From: Balanoglossus misakiensis
Taxonomy: Eukaryota; Animalia; Hemichordata
Direction: 5' to 3'
Assembly: GCA_040954595.2 (NCBI GenBank)
Contig: CM082579.2
Span: forward strand, 6,251,625-6,315,624
Length of the DNA stretch: 64,000 nt
A program made the translations under genes and the position numbers. Positions 1-12,896 of this stretch are shown here, one piece after another. The notes under the pieces are model-generated. The model did no database searches and had not been told where the DNA came from. It worked only from the letters and a program-made list of their open reading frames with translations. Within the stretch, counting starts at the first letter, position 1; every line of letters starts with the position of its first letter.

Positions 1-2050
1 GATGATCTTGATCCTTAAGTGATGTTAAGGACGGCACTATCTTCAGTGCCATGCCAAGGTTATATCTTTTAAAATTGATTTTGAAGACTTGGTAGTGTAA
101 TGAGTTTTAGAGTGAGGCGCGCTGTGAGAGTATAAAGTGCACTCCTGTTATTAGCATTCATGAAAGCAGCTTCAAGTCAAATTGAGCAGTGATTCCAGCG
201 TGGTTTTGCACGTACATGTACCTTGTAATGTGTTATTACAGCCAGAGATGGGAGTTTTCATGCATACACGTTTGCAACCTCAATCAACTTACTCGATTGG
301 TGATTCATTGTATGTTGGTCAGGTACTGTTGAGTCAAAATGTAGTCATTGATTGTGTGATGTAATAGTTATTCACAGTGGTGTCACTGCTGTGATTGAGT
401 GCCAGGGTGGTTACCTGATGCAAGTATCAATTACTAGTATTTTTGTCTCTCATCTCATGCCAGCACTGGCAGTGACTATATTAATAGTAAAACCATGTCT
501 GGTGTACTATACTAGTCCTATGATATACCATAAAAAACAAAAGAGTTGGTGAAATAGTATGTGTTAATGCTAACTGTGAGAGGTGCAATGTAGATTTCAT
601 AGTAGTACATGTATTAGAAAAAGGATTCCCCCTCAAAGGAATTCCAACATGAAGCTGTGTTATCAACTGGGAATCTTTTAACCATTTCACCCCATATCCT
701 CTTGGGAGGCCCAACATTATGGTTGGATGATAGATCAACGCTAAAGCTTAATATTTTTAGAAATTTGACCCATTTTTTCACATTTATGTACCGTATCATA
801 AATATTAAAAATAAATTGGCAGTTCACTTCATATTCCCTCATATCAGAATTTTTGTATTCAATATAACCTTGAGAGATGACCTTATAATTCACCCTGTAG
901 TATATCCAGTGGGTATACTTGATTTGTAGCATAGACTGGTATCAAATTACCTCACGAAGTAACTTCATTTCATCTAAAGGTATTATTCTGACTGATTATT
1001 TTGAACAGGCCAAAGGGAAAATTGCACGCAGTCATGATTTCTAAGCTATCATGTACGAATCTGCCCTCGCTGGCCACATTCTATGATTTCATTGCACGAT
1101 ATGCAATGGTGTGTCTGATACCTGTGTTAATCAAAAGAATCCTCGCAACCTTCGATTGAATTCACGAGTATGACTAGCCACTCGGTCATTTACATTATGA
1201 AGTCACGCGTAGCAATTAAATTTCACCGAGTCATAATTTTCTAACTGGAAAAATAAAAGAAAGATTGGTTGAGTTATTTCCATAATCTTGCGAGGAGGCA
1301 GCTGGAGTCCTTATCTGTCATTTCATTTTTTGTGCAGAATTGATACGCACTCATGGATAGTGCGTACTGTGAATAATTCATCATTTGCCCAGTGAGCGTT
1401 TTGTGTGTCTGTGCTTAGCAGTGCATTCAGTGGATTCTCATCTTAGCCGTCTAGTGTGATTGATGCCTCATTTTGCTGTACTTGCAGACAGTGTAACTGC
1501 AGTACTGTGTTGGATTCTGAGAGTAAGTGTGCTTGCCTGAAATTTCGTCTGCAGTCCCTAATCAACAATTCACATGTACATTCAAATGTCATTTTCTGAA
1601 GAAAGATTGTTTAAATGTTTACATTTTGTAGTTACTAGTATCTCAGGACTTGAATATTAAATGTGTTTTAAAACATCTGATTACAAACATTTCTGTAGAC
1701 CATGTCAGTTTTTGTATAGATTATAACTTTAAATATACAGGAAGTACAATACACAGGATAACATCAAGATGACTGTTTTCCTACAGAAAATATGTATTAA
1801 TATTATTAATATTAAACACCAGCCATATACAGTATTTCTACAAGAATTGTTGATATCCAGAATAGATTCATTCAACTAATGTCTTTTGTTTTCTTGCAGA
1901 TTTGCAGTTGGAGAGCTCACCGCGTCCCGCAAACTGGGTAGTAACATATCCACTGAATGGCAGTATACAGCCTACTGCTGTCAGCCAGGTAGATGCACTC
2001 AAGTTCAACGCCAAGACAATCGCGGACTTCTCCTAGACAAGCCTGACACC

Positions 2051-5000
2051 ATGAGTTTGAGCAACGGAACGTCGTCCAGCTACGAGGAACCCAGAGGGTA
2101 CTACTGCACCATCTGTTACCACGGCTACAAGAAAGATGGCTCCGGCGTGCCCAGAAACCTCACATGTGGGCATACCTTTTGCACTGGTAAGTGTGTGCTG
2201 ATAATTTGAACGACAAAAATCATCATCTCTTTTCTATTGCTTTGGTTATTTCTATTTTTATTGACATTTAAACAACATAGATATGTTTTTCATTGTACCA
2301 CACATGGGTTATAGCATTGTCACTCTAATCTAATTTTTTTTCAAGACAGACTGAGTCACTTGTCTCTAATGTAATTAATTTGTAATTTTACAGTCTCCTG
2401 GGAATGTTGTAGTCACTCAGCGTGTAATTATTTTTGCATCAAAATGTCGACAGGTTGATTTGTGATACACATGGTGACTGTGTACTTGTTTTACTTGTTT
2501 GTGGCTGTGCGGCCAATGCAGTAAACTGATATTCAGTTGATGTGTCGATCAGAGTGTTCTGTAGCCAATCCCCCACCACAGAGGGCGCCTTGAGCTACAG
2601 ATTTCACGGTCTACATGTATTCCCGTTGAATGTCTTTTAGTGACTGGTCAAATAATTTGACATCTACTACAGCTGCATACATTGACAACTTTAAATTAAA
2701 TTTCTGGTGTGTTTTTCTATCTTCATTTCAGAATGTCTGAAACGGCTCGCGGGCCAAGCGACGTCATTCGGCCACGTTAGGTGCCCGGCATGCAAAGTGG
2801 ACACTGTGATCAATTCCAGAGGTTCATTCCCTTCCAACGACGTCCGGAAACTTCCCAAGAACTTCGGTCTGCTGGAAATCCTGGAAGGAGTGGAGGACAG
2901 CGTACAGGGCCGGGGTGCTGCCCTTGCGGATGCCATCATGGAAAATCCGGTGAGTTACGGAATTAGGCCTACTCCGGAATAAGACACAGGATAAGTCATG
3001 TGATAGCAGTACAAACAAGTGCACATGGATGATCACTTATATGATTATGCATATTTCTGTGGCTGTTTCGGGGATTTTACACAGTGTAACATCATAGAAT
3101 GCGTTTTCTTTTTTTATCCACAGCATCTTGTCTGTGAGGAGCATGAGAAAGAAGCCAAGAAGGTTTATTGCCTAACAGACAAAGAAATGATCTGTATCTA
3201 CTGCCAAGTGTACGGCAGACACCAAGGTCACAACTGTCAGTTGATTGGCAAAGTAGCAGAAGAGGGCAGACAGGTATGAGATCAGTGTCTGTGCAAACAC
3301 AAATGACAATCAACTTCTTTCAGTCAGCCCTGGGACAGACAGACAGACAGAGACACTCACTGACCTGCCACTAGTAAATTCTAATAGAATAGCTGGTGGC
3401 TAGCTATAGGCTTCTGTAAGCATGTCACCGTTAATTTAATTTAATTGCAGGTACTCGGAACCTATATTGAGATGTTATCCAAACAGAGAGATCACATGAA
3501 TGAAGCCAGGAAGAACATCTTGGACACCACTTTTGTCATCCGATTTCGGGAAGAGAATATCATGAGAGATTTGACGAGACACTTTGAGATGCTACGCAAG
3601 AAGCTGTACAAGCGAGAAAATCAACTCAAAACGCAGATAAAGAACAAGTGTAATGTCAAGATAGAGGTGTTGGATAAACAACAAAGGTGGGTGGATTTAT
3701 AAGGAAGACTTTAGTGTTGACATTTCTTCTTGTTTGAATATACACACGTATGTCTGATGTTGGTTTCTGTATTAATGGTGGTGGGGGTGGTGATGATGAT
3801 GATGATGATGATGAAAATGATGATGATGATGGTGTAGGGACATGGGCGTTGTGATGGTGATGATGATGATGTTATAACATGCTTGTACATGCATGTATAT
3901 TGCAATCTACAAGGAATGGATGTTTGCATCTGTTGCAGAACCATGTCTGAAATCATAGTGAAGTGTGAACGTTTGAGGGCGCTGTGCCAGATGTCCCAGA
4001 GCAGTGATGACCATGATGTCGTCTCCGGCAAGGAGGAGATGGAGGTAATGTTATTATAGTTGTACTGTCCCCCTTGTCATCTCTGTTCCAACTTTACCAT
4101 AGAAAACAATGGATTTGGAGCAAACCATTGTGGTGAAAGGGTTGAGTCAAACATCAGCACAACATCTTGTATGAAGAAATGAAAATATAGGAATGATTCT
4201 CCAGGATGGGTGGAATGTCTTGCTAACATGGCCTCTGCCAATTTACCCCTTTAAATGAAAAAAATGTTAATATTTCTATCAGCTATAACCTCTGGCCCAG
4301 AACACGTACCACCAACTCTATCATACATACCGGTAGTTTATTTTCCTGCTTTTGTTTCAAAAGTGCCAGATTACATTGTTGGGTGTTTGATTCCCTGCAG
4401 GGTAAGATATCCAAAATCTTGGAGGATGTTAGTCGCTGTAACTTGGAACCGGAGGCCCAGGACGACGTGTTCTGTCAGTTAGATTCCACTCTGGCAGAGT
4501 CCATTCTACAATATGGAATGGTTGGAGAAGACAAAGGTAGGTTTAATATATGTAGGATATGAGGACACCATGTATAGGTATTAACAATGGAGCACAATTT
4601 ACCTGGAATAGAGTTTGAAAAGGTAAAATTTTGCACATTCTTTGTCTCATTTGTCAAGGATTATTCAATTAAGTTAGAACTGTCACCCCCTGAACAGTTG
4701 CCATCCAGCATTTGCCATCCAGTGTTTGGGTTGGCATACACGTCATAGGTGATAGATTGCCAGGGGGTCATAGCCCTCATAGCTAACTTCTGGTTGTGTG
4801 ACTACTGCTTTCACAGGCAGAGCTGAGATGGCCCATCCAGCCGTTGGTGGCAGTAGTGACAGCACTGAAATGACCAGTGGTAGTACCACCACTACACCCG
4901 AAACTAGTAGTACGGAAGAGAGTGCTGATGACCACACACTTACAGTCCCAGCATCCCACAAGTCGACGTCCATCAGATCTGGAGTGAGGTATGGTAGTAA

Positions 5001-6975
5001 GTCTTGTAAGGTTGTTTTCTATTGGTCCAGTTCCTTATCCAGTACACTCATGAAAAAGTCAGGAGTATTAATTAAATTTACATTTAAGTTGTAATGTGTT
5101 GCATTATTTTGTTACTTCCTGTAGCCCATGGATGTGTAATGGCCATTGGTATTCTTTGTCTAGACTGTAATTCAGTTTTACACAATCGGATATGATGATA
5201 AGGGGGAATGATTTCATTATTCCATGTAGAGTAACAAGAAACAATGATGCAGTTATTACACAGAACAAAAATACTGGAAAACATAGCTGATGGTTATTGT
5301 AATGCAGCCACTGGTTTTGTTTTAGTAGGGATTCAAGTGATCATAACATATTTGCGTTTGATTTGGATGAGACGGACAGAAGAAATCACCGGGCAGGTGT
5401 CAGTCGTACCAATCCAGATGCCGAGCCACCAGAAGTCTCCATCGTCTTCGAAAACGGTCTCAAACTCCCCACCAGATCTGACATCCCGTATGCAGACGCG
5501 GACGCGGGTGGTGCTGATAGCGCGCAAGCCAGTCAGACGAACGGAAGCCAGCAGTCTGTGAAGCGGGCAGCGGCGTTGTCAGACCAAGCTGCGGCGGCTT
5601 CGCACGAGTCGCCCGAGCCGGACGACATGGATTCCGAGGCCAGCAGTATGTGCATGGTGTTGGTGGATGTAAACTGCCGCAGCGGCGCTGCTGCAGGCGA
5701 GAGTTCCCAAGCTGAGGCGAGCTCGGCAGACAAGGGGGTCGGGACTAGCTCGGCAGACAGGGGTGCCGAGACGAGATCGGCAGACAGGGGAGCCGAGACG
5801 AAGACTCGTCCTTCAGCGACGGACGGCAAGCGGTCTTTCCAGGACATGCTGCGGTTCGGCAGTGCCACGTTGCTGTGTAGTAGTAGCTCGTCGGACGACA
5901 GCTCCGACCTGAGTTGCCTCAGTGATTTAGAAGTGGAGATGGAACTGCCACAGCGCCCTCAGGAGTCTCACTCGGCTCTGGATGTGATCGATGGAGAGGC
6001 GGACTTGGAAAGAGATGCGAGTGGTGAGCGTGGGGCTACTGGGAGCGTTTCGGTCAGACGGCGCAAAACGACAAATGCAGTGGCAGGTGAGGTGTCAGCA
6101 GAAATAAGTCCAGTCGGTTTTTGCACTCCTTGTTTTTGATACCACCATGATTTTAACCCTTTCACCACCATGGTTCAGTGCAGTCCAAACCTATTGTTTT
6201 CTGTGGTAAAGTTGGACCTCTAAAGGGACAACTGAATTTTCTCTCATGAGTTGTAATGTCTATGAAATTCAATGTTGATTTGACATTTCAGTGAGTACAC
6301 CGTCCAATTTACCTGATCCCTGGGAAGTCAACCCACAAGCACATTCTCCAAGCAGTCAAAGCGGATCGCCATCAAGGTATGTGTAGTGTGCAATATGGCA
6401 CGGATGTGTATCACTCAGACAGCCGAATTTTGAGGGAATGACGTTACCACTGAACTTGTCAGTTTGACGTACACCGCAGAGAAACGATCCAAAATAACAT
6501 GGCATAATTTCTCGTAAACATCTTTGTGTTTTCTGTCTTCAGCAGGTGCAGCAGTTTGGAAGGCGACAACGTCACATGCTCTGTTCTTAGCTGCTCCAAC
6601 TCGGCCAAGGCCTGGCTGAAATGCCGCAACTGCTCCAGGGCTTTCTGCTTCGGCTGTGCCAAGACCACGGTGAGCGCCAGGCGCTGCTACAAGCGCCCCC
6701 GCGGCCACAGCTTTGTCAGGATCAGCGAGGGGGCCGCGGGGAAGGACGTCGACGACGCGCAGGTGCCCCCCAGTCCCGGTGGCTCCAAGGGCGTCTCCGG
6801 TTGCCACGGCTACTCGCTCAGGCCCCGACTGCAGGTGGCGCCGCCCATGATGCTGCGGTGCGAGAACGCCGCCGAGAAGACCTGGAAGTGTCTGCGCTGC
6901 GGCTACTTCAACATGATCACTGCCAACAGGAAGAATGATTACTGCTGCAAGTGCAGGTCCCAGAGAACTCTGTGA
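2051..6975 (+). CDS. TRIM-like (RING-B-box-coiled-coil) E3 ubiquitin ligase with acidic/Ser-rich linker and C-terminal B-box-like and RanBP2-like zinc fingers (~808 aa, 10 coding exons)
   Basis: Phase-consistent GT-AG exons: 2051-2186, 2732-2949, 3124-3273, 3451-3686, 3939-4044, 4401-4536, 4817-4988, 5329-6086, 6292-6376, 6546-6975(TGA). C3HC4 RING CTIC...PRNLTCGHTFCTECL...CPAC followed by LPKNFGLLEIL; B-box2 CEEH...YCLTDKEMICIYCQVYGRHQGH; heptad-rich exons 4-5; C-terminal CSVLSC..CRNC..CFGC..H and WKCLRCGYFN..CCKC. Probable non-coding 5' exons at 1488-1522 and from 1900. Confidence 0.88.
4066..4145. mobile_element. Short MITE-like repeat copy (family ending gtgaaagggttaa)
   Basis: Shares caactttaccatagaaaacaat...ccat...ggtgaaagggtt with the reverse complement of 6153-6230 and with 8743-8841; intronic. 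Confidence 0.55.
5720..5800 (+). repeat. 3 x 27-bp in-frame coding tandem repeat (SSADKGVGT / SSADRGAET / RSADRGAET)
   Basis: ag(c/a)tcggcagaca recurs at 5720, 5747 and 5774 inside exon 8 of the TRIM-like gene. Confidence 0.85.
6153..6230. mobile_element. Short MITE-like repeat copy, opposite orientation to 4066-4145
   Basis: ttaaccctttcaccaccatgg...ccaaacctattgttttctgtggtaaagttggac is the reverse complement of the family sequence at 4066-4145 and 8743-8841; starts TTAA-CCC. Confidence 0.55.
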
Positions 6976-7230
6976 ATTTGAGTGGGGAGGGGGGGAGTGT
7001 GTCACATTGACTTTGAAATGAACAATCACACGACAACATGCACACACCTGATCATGTATGAAACCTAGCAATAGAGCCAGGACTATAACAATCAGCTTGT
7101 TCTTGTTTATACTTGTTTATCTTGTTTATACTGTTGTTTATCTTATACTGTTGTCACCACCAAGAGTTTGGTCCAACCCCATTGCCTAAGTTGGACCTGC
7201 TGTCCTGATACGTCATCAGAGGTCCGGCAT

Positions 7231-7510
7231 TACAGTGAAACCTGTCGTTATGGACACCTCTCTATTAAGGACAGATTTTCTTGTCCCAGAGGTGTCCTTA
7301 ACACTAGCATAATTTGAGTTCGTTAGCGTTGTGTAGATCATGCAGATTCTCAAGTAGCAGTTTTCAGTAGAAGAAATAAATTGTTCTTGAATAGAAAAGG
7401 ACTCGACTCGGCTTAATTTGTGACAAGGAGGCACTGGTAAACGGTTCAGTAACAGTAACTTTCCCAGATGTTGAGCTTCCCATGTCACCCCTAGACAGGT
7501 TCATAATGTA
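7231..7510. mobile_element. Tc1/mariner-type (pogo/Tigger-like) MITE downstream of the TRIM-like stop codon
   Basis: Left end TA-cagtgaaacctgtc and right end gacaggttcataatg-TA form an imperfect terminal inverted repeat flanked by TA; CAGT-start TIRs with TA target sites are typical of this superfamily. Confidence 0.55.
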
Positions 7511-7843
7511 TTGGGCAGAAAAACTACACATTGACTAATGAGAACTTATATAAAACAACTGCCTTTATTCTCAGTTTTTGCATAAATACCCAAAAAGTAT
7601 TACATCGAGAAGAGGCAACTTGCTTACAGACCTTTGCTGGCCCATAAAAGTATCACTGCCCAAGTTGGTTTGATTGCAAGTTTGTGATTCAAGGAGAGCT
7701 TTATTTACAAGTAGCCCATTAGAAGTTTTCTTACAGCAATATAGTGAATAAAATAGATTTTGTTCTGAAAAGCAAAAAAAAACCTGTCTGTGTGCCTCGT
7801 CACTGGACGAGGGTTGAATGTACTGTATTGTGGCAGCTGCAAC

Positions 7844-7861
7844 TGCGCCCTCCGGTGGCAG
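7844..7861 (-). promoter_or_regulatory. CTCF-like binding motif between the convergent TRIM-like and SLC16 genes
   Basis: Reverse complement ctgccaccggagggcgca matches the CTCF core consensus CCACCAG(G/A)GGGCGC with one mismatch. Motif match only. Confidence 0.4.
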
Positions 7862-8507
7862 CATTTCAATCGCCCACACGTCCAATGGAGGGACTGTGGT
7901 TGACCTCTGAAACAGAGGCAGCAGCGAGGTTTACTTGTGAATCCCTGAGGACTGAGTTGCTAATTGAAAAATCTCTCCATCTTTATTTAAAATATAACAC
8001 ATGTAAATATAATTCTTCCATATTTAAGCAAATGTTGACTTCACATTAAATTCACAAACTCAAAGGCAGTTTCCATACAAACAGGATTCTGCAAACTGGT
8101 CAAGCACTGTCGATCTCGCACTATCACAGATTCAAATGAAATACACTTATACAGTTTAAAAAAACACTGGAATTAACTCCCCCACTCACACAAGCGGTAA
8201 CACGAAAGTTATTCCTTCAAAACAAAGATAAAACATCTTCTGCACATAGTAGATCATTGACCTTTGTTGGTCCTCCTTGCCCCCCCCCCCCCTTCCCCGT
8301 TTCATTATTAACTCCATGAATCAGGATTAGTTCTGAAGAGATATTTTCACGGTCCACACCAATACAAAATTGCACATTTCCATGACTATATTTGTCCTCA
8401 CAGCACACTTGTTTGTATCACGTTATGGAGAAATAAAACGATAACAATAACTGTCGTCGTAAAAGTCAATTCAACCGTTGGACTCGGCCAATCTCTACAG
8501 CTGATCA

Positions 8508-10798
8508 TTACACAGTCGATACAATTTCATCAACAACCATTACTTCGTACGCGTCAATGTCTTTTACTGGAGCACTTTTCGGATTTCTTCCAACCACTAC
8601 AAGGCTGACGAACAGAGCAATACCACTGAGTATCATGCACACTCCGGATAAATAGAACGAATAGGCGTATGTCCCCGTGAAGTCTCGGAGGTAACCTATA
8701 GAAGACAAAAGCCATATATTAACCATCAATTAGTGGAGAAAATTAAACCCTGTCACCCCCCATTTCTCTATAGAAGTCTAACTTAATCAGCATTATAGAC
8801 AACAATGGGTTTGGACTATACCATTATGATGAAAGGGTTAAAACAAATCATTGTCAATGATGTAGTCCATGCAACGGCAACGGCATGAAATTGCATTACT
8901 CCACATGTAGGAGACAGTCAGTTCTGGATAGTTACCTGAAATCAAGGGTCCAATCAGCGCCCCTATTCCGGCAGCCAGCAGCGTCCATCCGTAACCAGTG
9001 ACAAACATCGTCTCGCCCACCACTCGGCGAGCGCACACTGAGATCTGCGCTCCGAACCCGCCCCTGCCGACACCGAGCGAGACCGCAAACACGGCGGAAG
9101 TGGCAAACGTCTGGGCAAAGGGCGTCAGCACCGAGGTCAGGCCGAAGAACACGAACATCAGACTGACGAATTTCACCGGGTGCCACTGGAAGTGGCTCAT
9201 CATGATACCCAGCACGGGTCCGCTCACCATGTTGCCGACGCCGCACAGCGACACCAATATGGCCGCCTGTTCCTTTGACATCCCGGCCTCGTTCATCAGT
9301 GGGGCGAGGAATATGAGGACGATCATCAACGCAAACGAGGCGACGAAGAGAATGAACAGAAAGAGGTCGAACAAGCAGATGGACAACAGGCGACTGCAGT
9401 CGAGGAATTCGTTCATCTTCCGGCACAGACCGCAAATTCCGTCTTTTAAACGATGGCACGGTGGTCTCTTCAGAGATATCAGTTCTTTGCTGGTGTTTTC
9501 TCCTGAAGAGCTCTCAAGGCTTGTTTTTTGTTCGTGATCCAGGAGTTCCAGGGGCTCTTCACCGCGACCCGGTTTCGCCCCGCGGCTTTTGAAGTCCACT
9601 GGTCGAAGGATGGCCGCGGTGACGCAGAGGTGCGCCGACAGGGCTGCGTATATCCACATGGTCCCTCGCAACCCGTACCAATTCAGGCACAGCCGCAGGA
9701 GAAGCGGGAGAGTGAAGGATCCCACTCCCGATCCGACGAACCCCAGACCCGTGGCCAAGGAGTGGCGTTTCTTGAAGTAATAACCGATGTACGCCACGCT
9801 CGGCGAGTACGCCAGACCACTAGCTGCACCTGCGTGGAGAAAGTGGGATGAATTCAGTTATCGTGATCAAGCATTGCCTTTAAGGTAGTGCATGCCATGG
9901 GGACAGATTTTTCAGAAATCATCACAGTCGTCCGAACCCTACAATTCTCTGATATGTTAAAGTGTTGACTAGACCATGGAGGTGAAAGGGTTAAGATAAC
10001 ACTGACAGATCAACGCGGTTTAGGGACTTCGTGAAAGACCGAGAGAAACATAAATATCAGGCTGTTTATTGTACCTCAGGAAATTACAGGTGCATGCAGT
10101 AGAAATGACAGATAAAAACGTACCATGCAGGACTCCTACAGTCAAAGTGAGCTGCCAAATTTCCGTCGTGAAGGAACCAAGCATCAGGGACAAAAATACC
10201 GATATTCCTCCGATCATAACCACGCTTCGAGCACCAAACCTTTTTGAAAACGCCGATGCTACTGGTGCTGTAGAAAATAATAATAATAATAAACAGCAAT
10301 AGTAATTGTGATTTTAGTGTTATCCAAGTCCTCTCAAGCTCACACGTTGAACAAATGCAGTTTTCAAAGAAAGCAATCACCGGTATTTAAGGTACATGTA
10401 GTATGACTATGTGCTTCGGGGGCAATTTTTTTTGAAAAATTAGAGTCCCTCAAACTTTCACTTCTTTTCTATATTAAAGTGTATGAGGGATTTTTTACCA
10501 AAAAAACATCACTTTCAATTTTCTTCATACTGTTAACAAAAAGTGATTCTCAACCATGTTGAATGTTAAGTTAATGTTTCAACTCACCTAATCCAACACT
10601 TAATGCACCATACGTTGATGGAACCCACGACGTCAACCCTGCCTCCGTTTGATAATATTCCCTGAATTCCACAAACAGCACGCCCAGGGAGCCGGCATTC
10701 CCCTTGCAGATAAATGTGACGATGAAGCAACCAGCCACTGTCAGCCACCCATAGCCACCCTCGGGATGGTCTTTTTCTTCCTCTTTCGTCTTCGCCAT
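8508..10798 (-). CDS. SLC16/monocarboxylate-transporter-family MFS transporter (~478 aa, 4 coding exons)
   Basis: Exons (minus strand) 10798-10588, 10267-10124, 9829-8936, 8695-8508(TAA), all phase-1 GT-AG joins. SLC16 signatures PEGGYGW before TM1, YFKKRHSLATGLGFVGSGVGSF, YGLRGTMWI...LRP, and GPLISGYLRDFTGTYAYSFYLSG. Possible non-coding first exon ending at 12479 (gtaagt donor). Confidence 0.92.
8743..8841. mobile_element. ~100-bp TTAA-flanked MITE (piggyBac-like CCC/GGG ends) in the last SLC16 intron
   Basis: ttaaaccctgtcacc...tgatgaaagggttaa: TTAA on both sides and imperfect terminal inverted repeats; related copies at 4066-4145, 6153-6230, 9971-9994 (partial) and ~7150-7200. Confidence 0.6.
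9880..10440 (+). mobile_element. Two degenerate fragments (9880-9955 and 10387-~10440) of a TTAA-GGTA-starting non-autonomous DNA transposon end (Kolobok-like)
   Basis: ttaaggtagtgcatgccatggggacagatttttcagaaat resembles ttaaggta...gtgcttcgggggcaattttttttgaaaaat; they sit in adjacent SLC16 introns on either side of exon 2. Family assignment is an inference. Confidence 0.3.
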
Positions 10799-12781
10799 CT
10801 CTGTTATCTAGTGGTTTCTGAATTACACACTGCCGTAAATGTTCATCACACGGGCCTACAATTCAATCTCGCCAATATGTTCTGTCGATAAAGCATAAGA
10901 TTTGTATTAGTAGGCTTTATATTCTGATAAAATGTTTGTGTTGCAGTCTCCCCTTGCTAGAGTTGAATTTCCTCCTGGCAAGGGGGCATATCATCTGAAT
11001 GAGCAGTTTTCTCTAGCCAGTTTCGGTATGATGCCTTGTAAACATGTCACATGGTCAATTAATAACCACGGTATTTTGAATTGGAATAACATGTGATCCC
11101 ATTACCCAGTTTTCCAAAGACCTGACCCATCTATATGACCTCACTTTGTAGGACAACAGTGTATTGCTCTCTCTCGTTCTTTCTCTGGACTGGACAGAAA
11201 TTACAAGAGAACTTCAGAAAGTATTGGAGTTGATTGACAGTAAAACTGTTGGCAGGTTGTGTGTTACAACGGTTATAATGAGGGCTTTGCAGGTAAACAC
11301 AAACCCAGCATTATAGAATGCTCTTTCAAGATAAGCAAAGCTGCATTTGTCGATAAACAAAACAGGATGCCAGCTGTCTAAAACTGTGACAAGTATTTAG
11401 TCTAGCAGTGTGCATGGGTCATCTTATCACGGTTTAAAATCACTGACAACAGTCGTACCACCAATGCAAAAAAAAAAAGCCGCCCCAAACCTGGCCACTT
11501 GACCTATTACTTTGAAAAAAAGAACAAAGCTGTCAGACTACATATAGTACGTCACAATGAAGACTTGATACAGATCCTACAGGAACACTGACCAGAATGC
11601 CACACAGCAGACAAAACCACTGCGTCACACAATACGAGGCAGACCAACGACCCGCTTTATATGTTCGAATTTCATCGTGTCTATAGTATTTGTCCTAAAT
11701 AACGGGTAACAAAACATGTGCCTCAACACAGAACTTGAAATAGAGTAACTACAGTACCAGAGGTGCCACAGGTGCTGAAATAGGATCATGGGAAACCAGG
11801 CATGCACAGATTTGTGTACATTTCTGAATAAAACTCTCCTTTTATGTTTACCCATGTCTACATGTACATGCGTATAGATCCTATTAAGCATCAGTCGCCA
11901 CACTCCTACACATACAAAATCACGGCTAAAATGCCCAATTTGATATGGGATACCTGGATGATACACACTTCTCAACCAAGGAATATGAAAGTTGAGACAG
12001 TTATACACCTTCTACATACCCTCTCATTTCTTCTGCGTCACAGAGGAAGAGGTGTGACCTTGACTGAAGTGAACCTGACAGTCTGTGAGGCTGGCCTTGT
12101 GGTTAGCAGTAAGCAAATGATCATATTTCATGTACATGTACTTTATTTTTTTCATCTACTTGAAATGTGTCATTGTCAGTGACAGCTATATGGTGCTTGC
12201 TGACTGGTCATTAGCATATGTTAATGATCTACACAGGCATTGTATATAAAAGATAATGTATAGATCACCCACGTGACTATGAGTCCCCCTTTGTCAGAAA
12301 AGGTTTGCATTCCACTCTGGCAAGTGGGGGGGGGGGGGGGGCAACCGGCCTCATATGTAGAATGCGTGACGATCGGAGTCATGCAAGCTGAATCTGACAG
12401 CCGACTACCCTCCCCAACCCCCCTCCCGACCCAATGAGGATAGCCTCCATTCACAACATAACACAGTTTAACACTTACCGGTCTAGGTCAAGCATATGGA
12501 GCTACCACCCAGCCAAGCAGAGCATGTTCGGTCAATCAGTGCAGTGCAGTTACAGGCATGACAGAGGCGAACGAGATTCCTTTGATCCGTACCAAAATCA
12601 ACGAGTGTTCTACAGATATTTACAAGGGTGTCTTCGCGTCCGCCCGAATGAAAGTGCATAAATATCGACGATGAATCACACGATCGTCACAGAATGGTTA
12701 CTAGGCTTTCGTTTCTGTTTTTTCGGTCAGCCGATAGAAGTAGGCGAGGAAGAGCGCCACCATCGACAGATTCTTTTATTT

Positions 12782-12896
<115 letters not shown>

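Noticed and set aside
6415-9851. Long opposite-strand or alternate-frame ORFs over the TRIM-like last exon and SLC16 exon 3
   Set aside because: They are shadow ORFs caused by the GC-rich codon usage of the real exons.
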